Both the position numbers and the translations under genes were made by a program. The notes under the pieces were generated by a model, which had not been told where the DNA came from, did no database searches, and worked only from the letters and a program-made list of their open reading frames with translations. DNA of 13,650 nt from a virus. How positions within the stretch are numbered: the stretch's first letter is position 1; every line of letters starts with the position of its first letter. Location of the stretch: the UHGV virus genome UHGV-0359675; one strand, 5' to 3'. Shown here piece by piece: positions 8,039-13,650 of this stretch.

Positions 8039-8103
8039 TTAAAGAACACTTAAATTATCCACTAAAGGAATCTTAAGTCAAGTTTATTTAAGATGTCTTA
8101 ACT
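8039..8103. promoter_or_regulatory. OR operator region: three 18-bp P22-type operators with divergent pR and pRM
   Basis: Sites ATTAAAGAACACTTAAAT (8039-8056), ACTAAAGGAATCTTAAGT (8062-8079), ATTTAAGATGTCTTAACT (8086-8103), spaced 23-24 bp centre to centre. Minus-strand pR: -35 TTGACT (8081..8076), 16-nt spacer, -10 GATAAT (8059..8054). The c2 ATG at 8104 abuts the third operator with no Shine-Dalgarno, suggesting a leaderless pRM transcript. Confidence 0.7.
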
Positions 8104-8754
8104 ATGAAAACTCAATTGATGGGAGAGCGCATTCGCGCTCGGAGAAAAGAACTCAAGATCAGGCAGGCCGCACTTGGAAAGATGGTCGGCGTGTCTAATG
8201 TTGCCATATCTCAGTGGGAACGCTCTGAGACAGAGCCAAATGGAGAGAATCTTCTCGCCCTGGCTAATGCGTTGAAGTGTTCCCCTGACTATCTGATGAA
8301 AGGAGAGGAAAGTCTTTCAAACATTGCCTATCACAGTAGGCATGATCCAAGAGGGTCATACCCTCTGATTAGCTGGGTGAGCGCAGGATGCTGGATGGAA
8401 GCTGTAGAACCATATCATAAGCGTGCAATAGATAACTGGTACGATACAACCGTAGACTGTTCAGAAGATTCGTTTTGGTTGGACGTGAAGGGAGACTCAA
8501 TGACGGCTCCGGCCGGTCTCAGTATCCCTGAAGGAATGATAATACTCGTCGATCCTGAAGTAGAGCCGCGTAACGGGAAACTGGTAGTTGCAAAGCTCGA
8601 AGGAGAAAACGAGGCAACTTTCAAGAAGTTAGTTATTGATGCAGGCAGGAAGTTTCTAAAACCACTTAACCCACAATATCCGATGATCGAGATCAACGGA
8701 AACTGCAAAATCATCGGCGTAGTTGTCGATGCAAAACTAGCAAACCTTCCATAA
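8104..8754 (+). CDS. c2: Prophage repressor C2/CI (HTH N-terminal domain, LexA-like S24 autocleavage C-terminal domain)
   Basis: 216 aa, near-identical to recalled P22 C2 (MxTQLMGERIRARRK.LKIRQAALGKMVGVSNVAISQWERSETEPNGENLLAL...). GDSM serine motif and the downstream Lys are present. Confidence 0.9.
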   Translation: MKTQLMGERIRARRKELKIRQAALGKMVGVSNVAISQWERSETEPNGENLLALANALKCSPDYLMKGEESLSNIAYHSRHDPRGSYPLISWVSAGCWMEAVEPYHKRAIDNWYDTTVDCSEDSFWLDVKGDSMTAPAGLSIPEGMIILVDPEVEPRNGKLVVAKLEGENEATFKKLVIDAGRKFLKPLNPQYPMIEINGNCKIIGVVVDAKLANLP

Positions 8755-8779
8755 GGGGGCATTCGCCCCTTTTTTTTTA
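8755..8779 (+). terminator. Intrinsic terminator downstream of the repressor gene
   Basis: GGGGC-attc-GCCCC followed by TTTTTTTTTAT immediately after the c2 stop codon. Confidence 0.6.
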
Positions 8780-8821
8780 TTTCCTTTAAAAATCAAAGCT
8801 AAACTTAAGTTACGAAAGAAA

Positions 8822-8875
8822 ATTTAAGTTTTCTTCAAAAATACTCTTGACCATTAATTAAAGAGATCTTAAATT
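8822..8875 (+). promoter_or_regulatory. OL operators and pL promoter
   Basis: Operator-like 18-mers ATTTAAGTTTTCTTCAAA (8822-8839) and ATTAAAGAGATCTTAAAT (8857-8874). -35 TTGACC (8847-8852), 17-nt spacer, -10 TAAATT (8870-8875), directed toward nutL and N. Confidence 0.55.
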
Positions 8876-8920
8876 TAAGCCATCAGCAGGACGCTGGAAG
8901 CCAAACGGAAAAGATTGGCA

Positions 8921-8962
8921 GGCTCTTTAACATTGATGGGATTGTCCCGCCGAAATGCGGGA
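8921..8962 (+). promoter_or_regulatory. nutL: boxA (GGCTCTTTAACA) plus boxB hairpin
   Basis: boxA-like GGCTCTTTAACA at 8921-8932. boxB TCCCGC-cgaaat-GCGGGA at 8945-8962, sharing the 19-nt core TCCCGCCGAAATGCGGGAA with nutR in transcript sense. Confidence 0.6.
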
Positions 8963-9275
8963 ACCAAAGAGTAGTTGGCTTTGGGGTGACGTGAAGTGCA
9001 GCTGCACGACGGCAACCGGAAGATAAGCACCCGGCGCGTCACCGCCAAAGTCAATTCCATAGGCGTTATGCAGCCGCCACCATATTCAAGAAAGCTGCAC
9101 AAGAGGTAGGAGGATTTATGTGAATACTTACATTCAATTGAGAGATTAATTAAATAGAACTGATCGAGCAGAGTCCATAAAGGCTCATAAATGCTCTTCC
9201 ATCCCCGTCTAATTGGCGGGGAAGGAAACCACTTTGTAATAAAAAAATTCCAAAGTTGTTTCATCGGAGGTCAAC

Positions 9276-9575
9276 ATGACAGTAGTCATTACATATCTGG
9301 CTGACGATAACGCCAGAAATCGCCGCAGAGCACGCAGACAGGCTCAACGTGAACAGGCAATGCAAGAACAGCGACTGGCGCGAAAGATTGCGCTAAAGCT
9401 CTCTGGTTGCGTCAGAGCAGACAAAGCAGCATCACTCGGAAGCCTTCGCTGCAAGAAGGCAGAAGAAGTCGAGAGTAAACAGAATCGTATTTACTACCGC
9501 AAGCCACGCAGTGAAATGGGGGTGACTTGTGTTGGTCGCCAGAAAATGAAATTAGGAAGCAAACCACTTATTTGA
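9276..9575 (+). CDS. N: Antitermination protein N (lambda/21-type C terminus, distinct arginine-rich motif)
   Basis: 99 aa. N-terminal arginine-rich motif NARNRRRARRQAQREQ. C-terminal ...NRIYYRKPRSEMGVTCVGRQKMKLGSKPLI parallels recalled lambda N (...RTWYSKPGERGITCSGRQKIKGKSIPLI). Shine-Dalgarno GGAGG upstream. Confidence 0.8.
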   Translation: MTVVITYLADDNARNRRRARRQAQREQAMQEQRLARKIALKLSGCVRADKAASLGSLRCKKAEEVESKQNRIYYRKPRSEMGVTCVGRQKMKLGSKPLI

Positions 9576-9583
9576 GGTGATAT

Positions 9584-9670
9584 ATGGAAGAAGAATTTGA
9601 AGAGTTCGAAGAGCATCCGCAGGATGTGATGGAACAATACCAGGACTATCCTTATGACTACGACTATTGA
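9584..9670 (+). CDS. Candidate 28-aa highly acidic micro-protein (MEEEFEEFEEHPQDVMEQYQDYPYDYDY)
   Basis: Strong Shine-Dalgarno GAGGTG 5 nt upstream, overlapping the N stop. Hand-translated; below the 60-aa ORF-track cutoff. The same 17-nt initiation region recurs at 9904-9920. Confidence 0.35.
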   Translation: MEEEFEEFEEHPQDVMEQYQDYPYDYDY

Positions 9671-9854
9671 TAAGAATCAATGGTGTGGACAATTCAAGCG
9701 ATGCAATGGATGCAAGCTGCAATCGGAATGTATGGTTAAGCCTGAAGAAATGTTTCCTGTAATGGAAGATGGGAAATATGTCGATAAATGGGCAATACGA
9801 ACGACGGCAATGATTGCCAGAGAACTTAGTAAACAGAATAACAAGGCTGCCTGA
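9654..9854 (+). CDS. ral: Restriction-alleviation protein Ral-like
   Basis: 66 aa MTTTIDKNQWCGQFKRCNGCKLQSECMVKPEEMFPVMEDGKYVDKWAIRTTAMIARELSKQNNKAA matches my recollection of lambda Ral (66 aa). Position just downstream of N in the pL operon fits. Confidence 0.55.
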   Translation: MTTTIDKNQWCGQFKRCNGCKLQSECMVKPEEMFPVMEDGKYVDKWAIRTTAMIARELSKQNNKAA

Positions 9855-9912
9855 TGGTGGCCTTTATTTTTGTCCGTAAATAATTTCATGCTTATTACAA
9901 TCAAGGTGATAT

Positions 9913-10335
9913 ATGGAAGAACAAGCAAACAAGATTCTCGTAGAACTTCTGCAAAAAGCCAGTAATGGAATAGACGCGGCTGTTTCATTTAGCCAGGCAC
10001 AGATTCCTGATGTTGTTCGTCAGTTGCTAACATGGAGTTTTGTCCATAGCGCACTTTTCCAAGTGGCTGGGTTGTTGCTTTTAATTGCAGCAATGAAACT
10101 TCCTAGTTTTGCAAGAACGGCAAGAAATAATGGCGAGAGATGGACGTCTTTAGATGGATGTCCAAACGATAGATATTTTATATCTTCGTTTTATTACGAT
10201 ATATGCACTGTATTTGCTCCTATATTTGGCTCAATTATTGGCGTTTTAATTATTGCCTTCAATTTCGAATGGTTGAAGATTTGGCTTGCACCTAAGTTAT
10301 TCCTAATTGAATATGCAGCATCATTGGTTAAGTAA
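9913..10335 (+). CDS. Hypothetical 140-aa membrane protein with two predicted TM helices; possible superinfection-exclusion function (positional inference only)
   Basis: Hydrophobic segments SFVHSALFQVAGLLLLIAAMKL and FAPIFGSIIGVLIIAFNFEWLKIW. Follows ral, where lambda and P22 carry sieB. An intrinsic terminator follows at 10340-10366. Confidence 0.5.
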   Translation: MEEQANKILVELLQKASNGIDAAVSFSQAQIPDVVRQLLTWSFVHSALFQVAGLLLLIAAMKLPSFARTARNNGERWTSLDGCPNDRYFISSFYYDICTVFAPIFGSIIGVLIIAFNFEWLKIWLAPKLFLIEYAASLVK

Positions 10336-10339
10336 TTTC

Positions 10340-10366
10340 AGGCCGCATAGTCGGCCTTTATTTTTG
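10340..10366 (+). terminator. Intrinsic terminator after the membrane-protein gene
   Basis: AGGCCG-catagt-CGGCCT followed by TTATTTTTGG. Confidence 0.55.
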
Positions 10367-10484
10367 GCATAAACAACAGAATAAACACTGCACTGTGTAT
10401 TCATTCCAACGAGTGAATACACGGAGCAATGTCGCTCGTAACTAAACAGGAGCCGACTTGTTCTGATTGTTGGAAATCTTCTTT

Positions 10485-10512
10485 GCCCTCCAGTGTGAGG
10501 GCAATTTTTTTT
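10485..10512 (+). terminator. Intrinsic terminator immediately upstream of the 10525 gene start
   Basis: GCCCTC-cagtgt-GAGGGC followed by AATTTTTTTT, ending 13 nt before the GGAGG Shine-Dalgarno and ATG at 10525. Confidence 0.6.
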
Positions 10513-10524
10513 GATGGAGGATAT

Positions 10525-10875
10525 ATGAGTGAAGTAACAGATTTAGTTGTTATTGAAAAAGCAAATGCAATGACTGTATTTCAGTCTGCCGACCAGATTG
10601 AAGAAATTCTCCAAAAGGTTGAACGTGAAGTTATGTCATTTGTGCCTGATATCACAACGGCAAAGGGCAGAAAGGAGATCGCTTCTCTGGCGTATAAAGT
10701 TGCGCAGACGAAAACATATCTCGATGGTCTTGGCAAAGACCTTGTTGCTGAACTGAAGGAAATTCCAAAGCTAATTGATGCCAACCGCAAGACAGTGCGC
10801 GATCGCCTTGATGAACTGAAAGCCAAGGCGCGCCAGCCTCTTACTGATTATGAGGAAGAATCAGGCGCGGATTAA
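10525..10875 (+). CDS. Hypothetical 116-aa protein (predicted helical/coiled-coil)
   Basis: Start chosen at the internal Met with Shine-Dalgarno GGAGG (MSEVTDLVVIEKANAMTVF...). The upstream in-frame extension of the track ORF (from 10429) runs through the terminator and is rejected. Confidence 0.55.
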   Translation: MSEVTDLVVIEKANAMTVFQSADQIEEILQKVEREVMSFVPDITTAKGRKEIASLAYKVAQTKTYLDGLGKDLVAELKEIPKLIDANRKTVRDRLDELKAKARQPLTDYEEESGAD

Positions 10876-11494
10876 AGCCGAAGAAGAAGCTAAGGCAGCA
10901 GCTGAAGCTCTCGCAAAGCAAATTGAGTCTGACCATGAAATAGCGATTTTGATGGATCGCGAATTTGACCGCCAAAGAGAAGAGGCAAGACTCAAAGCGG
11001 AGCAGGAAAAGCGAGAGCATGAAGAACGATTAAAAAGAGAAGCTGAAGAGAAAGCCAGAGCAGAAGCCGAAGCAAAGGCAAAAGCCGAAATTGAAGCAGC
11101 AGCAAGGCGAGAAGCAGAAGCTAAGGCCGCAGCGGAACGTGCAGAGCGTGAACGCATTGAAGCCGAGCAACGAGCACAGCGCGAAGCAAAAGAGGCAGCA
11201 GAACGAGCTGAAAGAGAAAAGCAGGCAGCAATTGAAGCAGAACGCAGAAAAGCACAGGAGGAGGCTGAACGAATCCGTCGCGAGGCTGAAGCAAAAGAGC
11301 AAGCCAGAATAGCAGAAGAAAAAAGAATCAAGGACGAAGAAGAGCGTAGAGCAAAGGATAAAGCTCACCGGAAAGAAGTAAATAACAAAATACTTGCTGA
11401 CCTTATCAAGGTTGGCGCATCAGAAGATGTTGCTAAAAATATCATAACAGCCATCGTAAAAGGCGAAGTATTCGCAACAAAAATAACCTACTAA
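10850..11494 (+). CDS. Hypothetical 214-aa protein with a long E/R/K/A-rich predicted single alpha-helix or coiled-coil and a short C-terminal domain
   Basis: Overlaps the preceding ORF by 26 nt in the +1 frame with no obvious Shine-Dalgarno. About 150 residues of EAEAKAKAE / REAEAKAAAERAERE-type repeats. The start is uncertain; this may be a frameshifted continuation of the upstream ORF. Confidence 0.5.
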   Translation: MRKNQARIKAEEEAKAAAEALAKQIESDHEIAILMDREFDRQREEARLKAEQEKREHEERLKREAEEKARAEAEAKAKAEIEAAARREAEAKAAAERAERERIEAEQRAQREAKEAAERAEREKQAAIEAERRKAQEEAERIRREAEAKEQARIAEEKRIKDEEERRAKDKAHRKEVNNKILADLIKVGASEDVAKNIITAIVKGEVFATKITY

Positions 11495-11519
11495 TAAAAC
11501 CAACATAAGGAACCACCCA

Positions 11520-13650
<2,131 letters not shown>

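Noticed and set aside
9192-9222. boxA-like TGCTCTTCC plus CCCCG/CGGGG hairpin, first considered as nutL
   Set aside because: The site at 8921-8962 has a better boxA and a boxB identical to the one between cro and cII; this element is more likely part of the N leader structure near the ribosome-binding site.
8875-9264. 129-aa minus-strand ORF in the pL leader
   Set aside because: Antisense to the nutL-to-N leader, no ribosome-binding site, Cys/Ser/Leu-rich composition atypical of a real protein; overlaps the nutL boxA/boxB and the structured leader.
10429-10524. Upstream in-frame extension of the 148-aa track ORF
   Set aside because: It reads through the intrinsic terminator hairpin and U-tract and has no ribosome-binding site; the Met at 10525 with GGAGG is the credible start.
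10861-11368. Two long minus-strand ORFs (156 and 112 aa) antisense to the E/R/K-rich gene
   Set aside because: Artefacts of the GAA/GCA/AAG-rich repeat, which is open in several frames; their translations are low-complexity Ser/Ala/Phe/Cys strings.

Overview
The window is a mosaic lambdoid prophage segment, ending in an IS21-family insertion sequence. All protein identifications are from my recall of family sequences and motifs, not from a database search. Reading left to right: lambda-type lysis genes R (partial) and S, a Q-like late antiterminator, a nin region (NinH, RusA, YbcO-like, Rha/KilAC antirepressor, NinF, NinX-like, NinE, NinB), a tR2-like terminator, a DnaB-type helicase, an O-like initiator with an internal iteron array, a 90-aa ORF, lambda-type cII with pRE and nutR, then a P22-type immunity core (cro, three 18-bp operators, c2 repressor). 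To the right on the + strand lie pL/OL, nutL, an N-like antiterminator, a 28-aa acidic micro-ORF, Ral-like protein, a 140-aa two-TM protein, a two-ORF charged coiled-coil module and cIII. An IS100-like element (istA/istB, 1954 bp) then interrupts the operon inside a small ORF and ends exactly at the window end. The least explained part, and the best candidate for an uncharacterised accessory function, is the early-left cargo at 9584-11494; no known defence-system signature could be confirmed by eye.
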